Shown here one piece after another: positions 8,304 to 16,734 of a stretch of 33,496 nt of DNA. Both the position numbers and the translations under genes were made by a program. A model generated the notes under the pieces. That model was given only the letters and a program-made list of their open reading frames with translations, was not told where the DNA came from and ran no database searches. The stretch lies in NCBI GenBank assembly GCA_964403405.1, contig CAYOGO010000001.1:1-33496 (forward strand), given 5' to 3'. Source of the DNA: an uncultured Lachnospiraceae bacterium. GTDB taxonomy: Bacteria > Bacillota > Clostridia > HGM11327. Numbering within the stretch: position 1 is the first letter of the stretch; each line of letters starts with the position of its first letter.

Positions 8304-10538
8304 TTATTCGTCCTTGAACAACTTTCCCTCTTCTGTTTCAAAGAACATCTTTCTCAGCGAACAGATATCTTTAGGGATGATAACCTCTGGGTTTTCAACT
8401 TCAATATTATGAAGTGTTTTAACCCATCCGTAATACTGATTTGCAATCGCAGAAGTAAGCGCAGACGTCTTTCTTCCGTCGATATATCCCTTACGAATCG
8501 CCTCGTGAGAAATAGATCTCATAAACTTCCAGAAATTATAGTAATGGAGTTTGAGCTTCACCATATATCCGTTTGCGTCTTCAATAACAAATCCCTCGAT
8601 GTGTCTGTTCTCGTATTTGTAATCTTCGCTTGTTACAACATAGTACCAATCGAAGAATTCCTGCCAACTCTCAAGAACGTATGCCTTTTCTTTGTGCGTA
8701 AGACCGAAATCGTTCGCAACGGAACACATAGTCTCGTAGTCGTACTTTCGATATTTCATATCGTTATATACAATGTCGAGCAAGAACAGCTTGTCCTCGT
8801 CGTATTCGATGATATGAGGGTCGTTTGTCATATCTACGCACTCAAACACAAACGAAACATCGTGCTCTTTACAATACTCCTTAATTCTGTTAAGGGTTTC
8901 GTCGGTGTACTTTCTACGAAGCATATCCTTGAGCCATACGGCAAAATCTCCATCAGGACAAGATTTTGTAGTCACAAACAACGAGTCGTCGTCTGCTCCG
9001 TAAGACACAATGCCGAGATAACCATTCTCTTTCACATATGCTGCTGCCGGGAATGACAACTTATACTGAAGCATATCGAGCTTCGTCTCGGGGCGTTCGT
9101 TGATGTTAAAGAACTTATCATATGCTCTTGCGGCGACCTTTTGTCTTGGAATATCAATATACAGACCGCGAGCCTTCGTTGTCTGCTCGTCCCAAACCTT
9201 ATCGTAAAACGCCGTCTTGGTGAAATTGAACGAGGAAATGTTCCCGTACTGCTTTTCCTGCACATAACGATTCTGTCTGAGAGCAATAATCATATCTCCG
9301 ACCGTTTGCTCTCCCTTGGTAGCAGGCTCTGGACGCACTTCTCTTTCCTTAAACACATTGTTCTTGATTTCCACGACGGTATGAGTTCCGTCTGGCGTTA
9401 CCTGAACGCATCTAAGATGACCGCCAAACTCAACCTGCCCCTCAAGGTTAAACACTCTGTCATTTACTTTCGTAGGTAATTGCTTAGTATTTCTGTGTCC
9501 GTGGATCTGATAGCAATTATCTGGAGTGTTTTCAACAAAGGCGTTTGCAACAGCCTCAAAGTCGTTGTAATTACCAACACCTCTGATCATCTGCGAGGTT
9601 GCTACGGTTGTCATATTGTTGGGGATATTACTCAGTCCAGCGTGAGTAACAATGTATGTATTACCTGCATAGGTGTAGTAGGCGCATTGACCGAGCTTGC
9701 GATACAACTGCCGAACGAGTTTCTTATTGACCTGTGCATTATTAAGCTCTGTCTTCGTAACAAGCTCAAACTCCTTTGACGAACTGACACCGTCATTCGC
9801 CCATACCCATAGCCATCTCTCGTGATTACCCTCGAGCAACCACACATTAGGCTTTTGGTCAATACCCATCAAGAAGTTAATTACTTGCGCGTTCTCAACT
9901 CCTCTGTCGATATAGTCACCGCAGAAAATATACAGTTCGTCGTCTTTGAATCCGCCGTCCTGATCAAAATACTCTTTTAATGCGGTGTAACAACCGTGAA
10001 TATCGCCGATATGATGTACCTTCTTGTACTGCGATACGTCGAGAGGTTTCATCCAAATTCTGTCGAGCTCGTCGGGTTTAATGACTGTAATTCCCGACGG
10101 AATTTTCTGAGTCTGGAAACGAGCGTACATCTTGTCGATTGCATCGTCAGGCACTTGCTTGACTTCGGGACGCATACGATTGCGCTCCTTGACAACCTCG
10201 ATGGGGATATCAGTAAAGTCAACGCAATAAATGCGATACTTATATGAGTCGCAAAGCTCTTTGTAACGATTCATTTCGGATGTCTTGGAGTTCGTTGCGT
10301 CGATAACTGTGAACTCGCCGTTTTGCATACGAAGCTCCAATAGCTTAAACAGTGTGCTCCACACGACATTGTCGTTCATAGGATTGATGGCTTCTTTTCC
10401 AGACACAGTCATAATCGGGCTCGAACACTGCATTCTGATATCATCCGCCGACAGCGTATAATTCTTCAGTCCATTCTGTTCAATCCACGTTGACTTACCG
10501 CACCCGCAACTTCCTCTAAGTAATAAAAGAACTCTCAT
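8304..10538 (-). CDS. pnkp: trifunctional polynucleotide kinase / 2',3'-phosphatase / RNA ligase-type adenylyltransferase (bacterial Pnkp-like RNA repair enzyme)
   Basis: N-terminal P-loop GSCGCGKST. Central lambda-phosphatase motifs GDIHGC, GDYIDRG and GNHE. C-terminal nucleotidyltransferase motif I, KENG (VKENGYLG). Confidence 0.85.
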   Translation of the reverse strand: MRVLLLLRGSCGCGKSTWIEQNGLKNYTLSADDIRMQCSSPIMTVSGKEAINPMNDNVVWSTLFKLLELRMQNGEFTVIDATNSKTSEMNRYKELCDSYKYRIYCVDFTDIPIEVVKERNRMRPEVKQVPDDAIDKMYARFQTQKIPSGITVIKPDELDRIWMKPLDVSQYKKVHHIGDIHGCYTALKEYFDQDGGFKDDELYIFCGDYIDRGVENAQVINFLMGIDQKPNVWLLEGNHERWLWVWANDGVSSSKEFELVTKTELNNAQVNKKLVRQLYRKLGQCAYYTYAGNTYIVTHAGLSNIPNNMTTVATSQMIRGVGNYNDFEAVANAFVENTPDNCYQIHGHRNTKQLPTKVNDRVFNLEGQVEFGGHLRCVQVTPDGTHTVVEIKNNVFKEREVRPEPATKGEQTVGDMIIALRQNRYVQEKQYGNISSFNFTKTAFYDKVWDEQTTKARGLYIDIPRQKVAARAYDKFFNINERPETKLDMLQYKLSFPAAAYVKENGYLGIVSYGADDDSLFVTTKSCPDGDFAVWLKDMLRRKYTDETLNRIKEYCKEHDVSFVFECVDMTNDPHIIEYDEDKLFLLDIVYNDMKYRKYDYETMCSVANDFGLTHKEKAYVLESWQEFFDWYYVVTSEDYKYENRHIEGFVIEDANGYMVKLKLHYYNFWKFMRSISHEAIRKGYIDGRKTSALTSAIANQYYGWVKTLHNIEVENPEVIIPKDICSLRKMFFETEEGKLFKDE

Positions 10539-10733
10539 TTAACATCTCCTTGCCTCGACATCAGTGTCGTAAAATTTAATAGTTATTGTTTTAGTGCCTT
10601 TTGTGAACCTTCTTGAGCGGATTTCCGTTCTTATCATTGTATTACTTACGGTGTTACCATAAGCACCACGATCTGCTACGCAGAATTCCCCAGTGATAAT
10701 ATGTAATGTGGATTTATCTTCACAAAAAGCCAT

Positions 10734-10818
10734 TGGTGTCGCTAACAAGACTCGAACTTGTATGCATTTCTGCTCTGGTTTTTGAGACCAGTGTGTCTGC
10801 CATTTCCACCATAGCGAC
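10734..10818 (-). tRNA. tRNA-Leu (anticodon CAA), class II, CCA encoded
   Basis: Acceptor GTCGCTA/TAGCGAC; anticodon arm CTGGT-CTCAAAA-ACCAG; 13-nt variable arm; T arm ACAAG-TTCGAGT-CTTGT; discriminator A; 85 nt. Confidence 0.9.
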
Positions 10819-10979
10819 GTATTAAGCCATTCTCCAACTCTCCCAACCTTTCAGTTGCACAGGGCGTACTGTGTAGGGCGGCGCTTACCCTGAAGTTTCT
10901 ATCACCGCAGATTGTTGTATCCTCTGCAAGTACCGGCGCTTTTAGAGAATGGCGCGTTGGCTGATACAAACCAACGCAT
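10819..10979 (-). ncRNA. structured ~160-nt spacer between two tRNAs (unknown RNA)
   Basis: No credible ORF. A 9-bp long-range helix GCCATTCTC/GAGAATGGC encloses ~110 nt with internal hairpins, and a 7-bp hairpin GCGTTGG/CCAACGC sits beside it. Confidence 0.3.
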
Positions 10980-11068
10980 TGGCTGGGATGGCTGGATTTG
11001 AACCAGCGAGCAGCGTTGCTGACTTGTCGGAGTCAAAGTCCGATGCCTTACCGCTTGGCGACATCCCA
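10980..11068 (-). tRNA. tRNA-Gln(UUG)-like with an anomalous 19-nt variable arm
   Basis: U1:A72, G73 and the D arm TCGCCAAGCGGTAAGGCA match the E. coli tRNA-Gln. Anticodon arm TCGGA-CTTTGAC-TCCGA; T arm GCTGG-TTCAAAT-CCAGC. The variable region is CAAGTCAGCAACGCTGCTC (hairpin CAGC-AAC-GCTG). 89 nt. Confidence 0.7.
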
Positions 11069-11169
11069 TCGTTGCGCTTATTCTCTTACCCTTTTATATC
11101 GCGCACACCTGCTTATCCACGGCTATTGCCTGATACGAGTTTCTCAAGGGTACAGGTGGTGGTATTTCT

Positions 11170-12006
11170 TTATAAAAATCTTTCGATATAAACTCTATCC
11201 TGTGTAAACACTGGAATTTCTGCGTCAATCACCCATCGAGTTCTTGGATAGAAGCCATCCTTAATGTCTACATCGGGGTCTTGATATTCTTCTTTTACAC
11301 AACACACTCCGCGCTTAAACTCCGTAGGCATATCGTTAAAATTGATTGACTTCTCAGTCATTAACATCTCTTGGATGTCATTGCAGGACTTTCCGTGTAA
11401 TGCTTTGTGTGAGAAATTACACTGTCCGAGCATCTGAATGGCGTTTCGTGTTGCGTCCTGCTGTCTCCAGATAAAACAATTGACTACTTCTTCGACAGGA
11501 ATGTTAAAACATCGAGAGTCGAACATCGCAATTCCAATTTTTGAGAAGTACGAGTCATACAGTGCGTCGAACTCTTCTACGCTAAGTGGTTGCGAGCCAA
11601 TATCGCTTGTGTAGTAATCGTACCTACGATTGACTTCTTCCGCAAAGAACTTGTTAAACGCCATTGTAGCCATACTTGCAGAAACACTGCAAATTTTCTG
11701 AACATTGTTATCGAACCAAGCGTCTGTAGTAAGCGTATCGTAGTCCGTCAGTAGCAAGGTGATTTCGTCGGACTGAGTATATCCGAGCTTAACACACTGA
11801 ATATTCTCGCACAGATACTTCATAGTGTTGTTCATTGCGAAGTGAAAGATTTCGTCATATGGCTTCGCCAATCCTCTTGTAAAGGTGTGAAACGCCTTAC
11901 CATCAAGTCTTATAATCACGGGCATTCGACGCACGAGGTATGTCTTAGCTCGATTCTCATAATTGTTTTTCATACGGTCTCCGAGAGAGTCTTTCTTATT
12001 GCTCAT
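11170..12006 (-). CDS. tRNA-His guanylyltransferase (Thg1)-like 3'-5' polymerase (TLP)
   Basis: GDRMKNNYE...VIIRLDGKAFHTFTRGLAKPYD...GYTQSDEITLL is the Thg1-family signature. Confidence 0.85.
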   Translation of the reverse strand: MSNKKDSLGDRMKNNYENRAKTYLVRRMPVIIRLDGKAFHTFTRGLAKPYDEIFHFAMNNTMKYLCENIQCVKLGYTQSDEITLLLTDYDTLTTDAWFDNNVQKICSVSASMATMAFNKFFAEEVNRRYDYYTSDIGSQPLSVEEFDALYDSYFSKIGIAMFDSRCFNIPVEEVVNCFIWRQQDATRNAIQMLGQCNFSHKALHGKSCNDIQEMLMTEKSINFNDMPTEFKRGVCCVKEEYQDPDVDIKDGFYPRTRWVIDAEIPVFTQDRVYIERFL

Positions 12007-12033
12007 TATGTATTCAGTCCTTTCGTTTATTTA

Positions 12034-12108
12034 TGGTCGGGGCGACAGGAGTCAAACCTGCTTGACCTTGTTCCCAAAACAAGTGGGTAGTCGTTACCCT
12101 ACACCCCG
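12034..12108 (-). tRNA. tRNA-Pro (anticodon UGG), CCA encoded
   Basis: Acceptor CGGGGTG/CGCCCCG; anticodon arm CTTGT-TTTGGGA-ACAAG; T arm GCAGG-TTTGACT-CCTGT; 75 nt. Confidence 0.85.
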
Positions 12109-12170
12109 TTAATTGTTTTGAGCCGACTATTACGGGGCGCCCAGAGGGTGGACACGTTTGAATTCCACAT

Positions 12171-12253
12171 TGGTGCGGATAACAGGAGTTGAACCTGCAC
12201 GGGTAACCACCAGATCCTAAATCTGGCGTGTCTGCCAATTCCACCATATCCGC
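12171..12253 (-). tRNA. tRNA-Leu (anticodon UAG), class II, CCA encoded
   Basis: Acceptor GCGGATA/TATCCGC; anticodon arm CCAGA-TTTAGGA-TCTGG; long variable arm; T arm GCAGG-TTCAACT-CCTGT; 83 nt. Confidence 0.9.
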
Positions 12254-12749
12254 ATATAGAAGATGCATAAGTGACTCCGCTATCCGCCTCGCCCTTTGCC
12301 TTTACGCAAGACTACCATTCAATCACAACTCCATCTACGAGGACGAACCTTTCGTATGGTTTGTCGTGGTCTTTTCAGCTTTAATGATAGCAGGAGTGTT
12401 CGTGTTTCTCATCGTATACTACCAAGGTATTTGTCGTGCGGCTATGGCTTGGCGACTATTTCAGAGCCTACCTTCGGTTGTACATCGCAACCTAACCGCT
12501 ATTTCTTTATAGCCCGACGCTCTCGCGCCACCTTGGATTCCGACCGCCACTCACAGCCGTGATATGTTATCTCAATCGGGCTTTCTTGCAAATAAGAGGG
12601 CTCAAACCTCTGACTTATAGGTTTTACTCGTACAAGGAACTTCCCCTTGGAGTCTTAGCTACTACCCTAATCGTGTTCTCACTACACCATATTTGCGTAT
12701 CGCGGCTACGTGAGGCTTCCGTAGCCGTTTGTTTATTTAGTTACTGTCG
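12254..12749 (-). ncRNA. ~500-nt ORF-free, multi-helix region adjoining the tRNA cluster (candidate large structured RNA)
   Basis: Only short ORFs on the opposite strand. Minus-strand helices include CGGCTACG/CGTAGCCG (12703-12727); GCAAATA...TATTTGC closing a 110-nt tRNA-like unit with the T-arm-like AGAGG-TTTGAGC-CCTCT; AGCCCGA...TCGGGCT closing 72 nt; and GCGGTTA...TAGCCGC closing 62 nt. Confidence 0.35.
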
Positions 12750-12974
12750 TTATTGCCCGTAATAATCCTTCTCATACGACGTCTTCTTGTATACGCCAAA
12801 GAACACGCCAAGTCCTACGCCCACAAGAAGGACGAGGATGCCAAAAATAAATCTACCATTTTGTTTTCTCCTTAAAAAATGTTTAATTTCCGACTGGGAT
12901 AATTGTCGGAGTTTTCGTTGGCAAAAGCCTCCTTTGCCATTGTTGCATTGTATCCCACATAGAATACCCAGCAA
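12750..12974 (-). CDS. possible small membrane protein (start uncertain)
   Basis: The ORF carries a strong TM segment, FIFGILVLLVGVGLGVFFGV. The track's start is a TTG, and the internal AAGGAG is not followed by an in-frame ATG. Confidence 0.3.
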   Translation of the reverse strand: MLGILCGIQCNNGKGGFCQRKLRQLSQSEIKHFLRRKQNGRFIFGILVLLVGVGLGVFFGVYKKTSYEKDYYGQ

Positions 12975-13268
12975 GTTAAGCTTGAGAAATAAACAACTAA
13001 TAAAAACAACCAGCTAAGTTCGGGTCAATCTTAAAGATTTCGATTTATTGAACTTTGGCGAAAGTCCTTATATAGTCTTGCTTTCTTGGACATTCGGTTT
13101 GAGGGCGTTGATAAGTCGAGTCGATTGTGCTGCACACGGGTTTGTTATACAATAGTACCTGCCAGTTACGCGTCCTGCCGGGAATGTTCCCTCTCATCAT
13201 TTTGTTACTTTTGATATCACCAAAAGCGTTACCTTACGATAACAATATCGAATACAATGCTATTGTTT

Positions 13269-13601
13269 TTATTCAACTCGTTTGAACCAAAGGTATTCTA
13301 TATAGTCATCAGTGACATACTCACCACAGCAATCACAGTCAAACAACGCACTCATTACTGCTCCTGTTTCTTCTGGATCAAGCAGAAGCTCGTGACAAAC
13401 ATCGTACTGGAGTGTAGCGCACAGTTCCAACTCGTAGAACTCGTCTGCATCTCCGTCGCTCTTTTCCAGATAGAAGTAACAACCGCTTTCGTGATGCAAG
13501 AACACCTGAAAATCATCGTAATCAAGAACGATTTCAAACTCTTCTTCGTGAGTGTAATAGTACAGACAAAAATCTGTGTAATTGGTAATTTCGTAATCCA
13601 T
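13269..13601 (-). CDS. hypothetical acidic protein (110 aa)
   Basis: ATG at 13601 after GGGGATGAGGTG. Very rich in D, E, Y and C. Confidence 0.65.
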   Translation of the reverse strand: MDYEITNYTDFCLYYYTHEEEFEIVLDYDDFQVFLHHESGCYFYLEKSDGDADEFYELELCATLQYDVCHELLLDPEETGAVMSALFDCDCCGEYVTDDYIEYLWFKRVE

Positions 13602-13609
13602 ATTGCACC

Positions 13610-14029
13610 TCATCCCCAATATGTACCAACAAAATGCCGAATCTTGCTTCTGTAATCAAAGTCGGGAGTTAGATAAATCCCTATCTCGTACTTGAGTTCT
13701 TCGACCATTTCGTCCATATTTTTGTACGCAGCTTTGAATAGCGAAGGCAATCTACTCGCGGTCAGGATATATACGGCTTCATCGCTAAAGTCATCAATGT
13801 TTGATGGTTCTTCTTGACCGTCGTCTCTTAAAGCAAATGCTTCACCAGAAAAGTTGCTGATATAATCAACGCAAGTCAGTGCCTCTTCAACTATTTCATT
13901 GAACCCATAAGGATCTTCCTCGTAGTCGTCATCTGAATACTCGTCGCAAATCTTACTCGCAAGCTGTTTCATCATAGCATCGTCGAGCAAAATTCCGTAT
14001 GTATCAACGGCATATTCTCTCATACTCAT
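13610..14029 (-). CDS. hypothetical acidic protein (139 aa)
   Basis: ORF in the gene train, abutting the upstream stop; D/E-rich. Confidence 0.65.
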   Translation of the reverse strand: MSMREYAVDTYGILLDDAMMKQLASKICDEYSDDDYEEDPYGFNEIVEEALTCVDYISNFSGEAFALRDDGQEEPSNIDDFSDEAVYILTASRLPSLFKAAYKNMDEMVEELKYEIGIYLTPDFDYRSKIRHFVGTYWG

Positions 14030-14352
14030 TACTCGTCACCGTCCATTTCTTCTATATCATCAATGTCCCAAGTGCCATCGGAAAGCTTGTACATTTCATC
14101 ACAAGTTAATTCGCTAACAAAATCTCTTGCGGCTTCTTCAGAAACAGCACGCATAACGAGGATGCCATCATAAGAGATGTGCACTTGAAATTCTTTCTCT
14201 GGCAGATCCGCATCACATTGTTTGCATTCTGGACAGTTTCGCTCTCCGCTTGCGCCAAGACACTCACAATCTGGACTGCAAGGGATTGACTTGTCGAGTT
14301 CGCAGGGGGTTAGGCACTCACTGCAAGGTTTACCACACCAGTCTTTATGCAT
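14029..14352 (-). CDS. hypothetical Cys-rich acidic protein (107 aa)
   Basis: The N-terminal half has CGKPCSEC..C....C..C.C......CPECKQC; the C-terminal half is acidic. Confidence 0.65.
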   Translation of the reverse strand: MHKDWCGKPCSECLTPCELDKSIPCSPDCECLGASGERNCPECKQCDADLPEKEFQVHISYDGILVMRAVSEEAARDFVSELTCDEMYKLSDGTWDIDDIEEMDGDE

Positions 14353-14369
14353 AATTATTCATCTCCTAT

Positions 14370-14969
14370 TCAACTCGCAAATATTTCGTCGTATTCCATC
14401 GGCTCACACGCCGTTTCCGACCTGACTTCGCCGTCAATTTCGCATCTCAGATCTTCTACGAGTTCTAAAATCTCTTCGATGCTAAGTCCCACAATCGACA
14501 CGCTTGCGAATATTTCGCCAAGACAAAGGTCATTTTCGTGGTAGATATCGAGTATTTGCTGCTTTGCGTGTGCAATATTGCTCACCTCGATAGCGTCTGG
14601 GTTCCAGTCAATCGACGGATTAACCTCGTATAATTGACCGTCCTTAACCACCCAACGCCACCTGTCTCCGCACTCGCCAGAAATCTCTATATAAGACCCT
14701 TCGTTGCAGAACTCCGCAATAACACTAAGGAACTCTCGCTGATCCCAAAGCTTCTCTCCTTCGTTATCAATGAGATATTCAGATAGGTCTGTGTTAAAAG
14801 TCGCTATCATATTGAATTCGACTGCAAGGTCTTCGATCTTATCGTACCGATTCCAGTCGTCCATTTTTCGTTCATCTCGCATCCATTTCTTTATGGCGTC
14901 AACTGCGAAATTTGTATTTCTTAATGGAAGCTCGATACTTCCCTCAACTTGCTCTATGTAATATCCCAT
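14370..14969 (-). CDS. hypothetical acidic protein (199 aa)
   Basis: Long ORF in the gene train. Confidence 0.7.
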   Translation of the reverse strand: MGYYIEQVEGSIELPLRNTNFAVDAIKKWMRDERKMDDWNRYDKIEDLAVEFNMIATFNTDLSEYLIDNEGEKLWDQREFLSVIAEFCNEGSYIEISGECGDRWRWVVKDGQLYEVNPSIDWNPDAIEVSNIAHAKQQILDIYHENDLCLGEIFASVSIVGLSIEEILELVEDLRCEIDGEVRSETACEPMEYDEIFAS

Positions 14970-14980
14970 AAATTCCTCCG

Positions 14981-15280
14981 TTACAACAAGTGAAGCCTGT
15001 CCATAATCGTTTCACAGACAAAGTTATAGTCATCATCAGACAAAAGATTTCTCGGGAACAACCACAATACAGGCCACTCGTCATCAATGGAAAACTCCAT
15101 CTCGAGAGTTGCTATCTGTTCAGGTTCAAACTCATCATCGCCCACATAAACGGGTACTATTAGTTCGTAAGTTCCGAATTTGCTTACGTTCTTAACCTCA
15201 ATTTCTCCACGCTTCTCGCACATCTGGTCAATTCGCTTAATTATTCTTTCTTCTGTCAAAGACAACACCCCTTTGATCAA
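14981..15280 (-). CDS. hypothetical protein (~92-99 aa, non-ATG start)
   Basis: ORF with only TTG or GTG start options. AAAGGGGTG lies 6 nt before the TTG at 15259. Confidence 0.5.
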   Translation of the reverse strand: MIKGVLSLTEERIIKRIDQMCEKRGEIEVKNVSKFGTYELIVPVYVGDDEFEPEQIATLEMEFSIDDEWPVLWLFPRNLLSDDDYNFVCETIMDRLHLL

Positions 15281-15289
15281 AGTATTGTT

Positions 15290-15820
15290 TTATTTCAAGG
15301 GACATTCCGCAGTACAACAATCGCCGTTCAAATAACACGGAACGTCCTTGTCCGTAGCGACATCGTAATATGGATTACATACAGGAATCTGTCTTTCTTC
15401 AAGGTACTCCTTAACAAATTCAACCACGTCGCCAATCATTTCCATATCCCAGTCGATTTCGTTAATCGCAAGAGATTGCAACAATTCAAAAGCTGCGCTG
15501 TCAATCATATCGTTTCGCTCAACAGAAAAATCGTCAAACCCGCTATCGTCTCTTCTTACACATTCGCCATCAAGAAAGTGATAGTCGCCAGCATACGCAC
15601 AATCGGCACAATCGTTTGTTTCGTCTCCGCCCAGAGGACATTCAAGCCCACACATCTCTTGTTCCATACAAATTAGCTCGTCTTCCGACGCAGCGTCTTG
15701 ACAAGCGCCGCAATAATACGGAATATCGTGTTCTTCAATGTCTGGAAATCTCTCTTTCAAAGAATCAATAGTTTGCTGATCATATTGTTTATATCCGCAC
15801 TTTTTACAAACTAACGCCAT
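15290..15820 (-). CDS. hypothetical Cys-rich acidic protein (176 aa)
   Basis: ATG preceded by ATAGGAGAA; several CxxC pairs. Confidence 0.7.
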   Translation of the reverse strand: MALVCKKCGYKQYDQQTIDSLKERFPDIEEHDIPYYCGACQDAASEDELICMEQEMCGLECPLGGDETNDCADCAYAGDYHFLDGECVRRDDSGFDDFSVERNDMIDSAAFELLQSLAINEIDWDMEMIGDVVEFVKEYLEERQIPVCNPYYDVATDKDVPCYLNGDCCTAECPLK

Positions 15821-16013
15821 AATTCATTCTCCTATGTATTTAATCGAAATGCTCTGCCTAACACCGCGTTCGTTACTTTACGCAATCGCTGTCGCCCTAA
15901 AGAAGTAGTCACGACTGTCTTACGACATCAACTTCCCCTACGCTCTTGTTCTTTAGGTCTCAGGGGTAGTGGTTTGCAGAGCCCTACTGGAACCCCCTTT
16001 TCGGATTGATATA

Positions 16014-16322
16014 TTATTGTACTATGCACCTATCGTATACGGTAAAATAGTACACAACCTCGCCGTTCTGCCATTGTTCTTTTAAGCTATATTGGATGGA
16101 TATATCTGGAGTAAACATTGCCATACCGCAAGTTTTAGAATACTCACCCCACAATCTTTTAACTTCCAGACATATCGTACGATATTCTTTTGAACCTCTC
16201 AAAAAATGATTGGACGGATTCATTAAGGTACATCTAATTTCTTTCAATTCATCATACCGTTCAATTTGTTTGGAAAGAACGCTAATTTTTTCGCTTAGAG
16301 ACATCATAGATAAGTCAGGCAT
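16014..16322 (-). CDS. hypothetical protein (102 aa)
   Basis: ORF in the gene train; weak SD. Confidence 0.55.
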   Translation of the reverse strand: MPDLSMMSLSEKISVLSKQIERYDELKEIRCTLMNPSNHFLRGSKEYRTICLEVKRLWGEYSKTCGMAMFTPDISIQYSLKEQWQNGEVVYYFTVYDRCIVQ

Positions 16323-16419
16323 ATCATCATCGTATGAGAAATTTTATCTCTCAACCCAACGCAAAATGTTTCGAGGTAGTGGGACAACGCGTTATCGCCA
16401 AAACTTAATTTGATTATCA

Positions 16420-16734
16420 TCAGGCACAACCTCCGCAGCATCCATACGAAACCCTCTCATTGAACACTCGGTCAATTTCATCAGCGTACATTTGTAGCTC
16501 TAAAGGCAGTTTGTCTCCCATTCTTTCGTGAATGGATGGTAGTTTGTATCTAACCCTCCTCCAGAACACCAAAAACGACCTCAACGAGTCATCGTCTGCG
16601 CTCTTTTTGTATGGACTAAACTTATATTCCCGACCGTCTACTTCGATAATCAAAGTCCCTCGACACAGATTAGGATACTCTCCGTCGTATGATATAAATC
16701 TAACGTGTTCAACAACACTGTTATTGATGAGCAT
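16420..16734 (-). CDS. hypothetical protein (104 aa)
   Basis: ORF whose start overlaps the upstream gene by 14 nt. Confidence 0.6.
   Translation of the reverse strand: MLINNSVVEHVRFISYDGEYPNLCRGTLIIEVDGREYKFSPYKKSADDDSLRSFLVFWRRVRYKLPSIHERMGDKLPLELQMYADEIDRVFNERVSYGCCGGCA

Noticed and set aside
10539-10748. 69-aa ORF between tRNA-Leu(CAA) and pnkp
   Set aside because: Its first codons overlap the tRNA 3' end. The internal ATG directly abuts the tRNA CCA with no SD, and no domain is present. The region is more likely an untranslated spacer or leader carrying the pnkp SD. Low confidence either way.
10742-10969. 75-aa ORF, and the similar 12014-12268 84-aa ORF
   Set aside because: Both run straight through well-formed tRNA genes (Leu-CAA; Pro-UGG and Leu-UAG).
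12590-12700. 110-nt unit with acceptor GCAAATA/TATTTGC and a T-arm-like hairpin as a genuine tRNA
   Set aside because: There is no 7-nt anticodon loop with U33 and purine-37; the best arms give loops GGTAGTAG or GGAAGTT. There is also no CCA or proper discriminator context. It is kept only as a tRNA-like element within the structured region.
12254-12749. tmRNA, RNase P RNA or a group I intron as the identity of the ORF-free region
   Set aside because: I could not find the tmRNA GGGG...ACCA tRNA-like ends with a tag ORF, the RNase P GGAAAGUCCGG or ACAGAA strings, or convincing group I P7 (R/S) pairing. Only a weak GAAATAGTCGCC resemblance to the S element is present, with no complementary R element.
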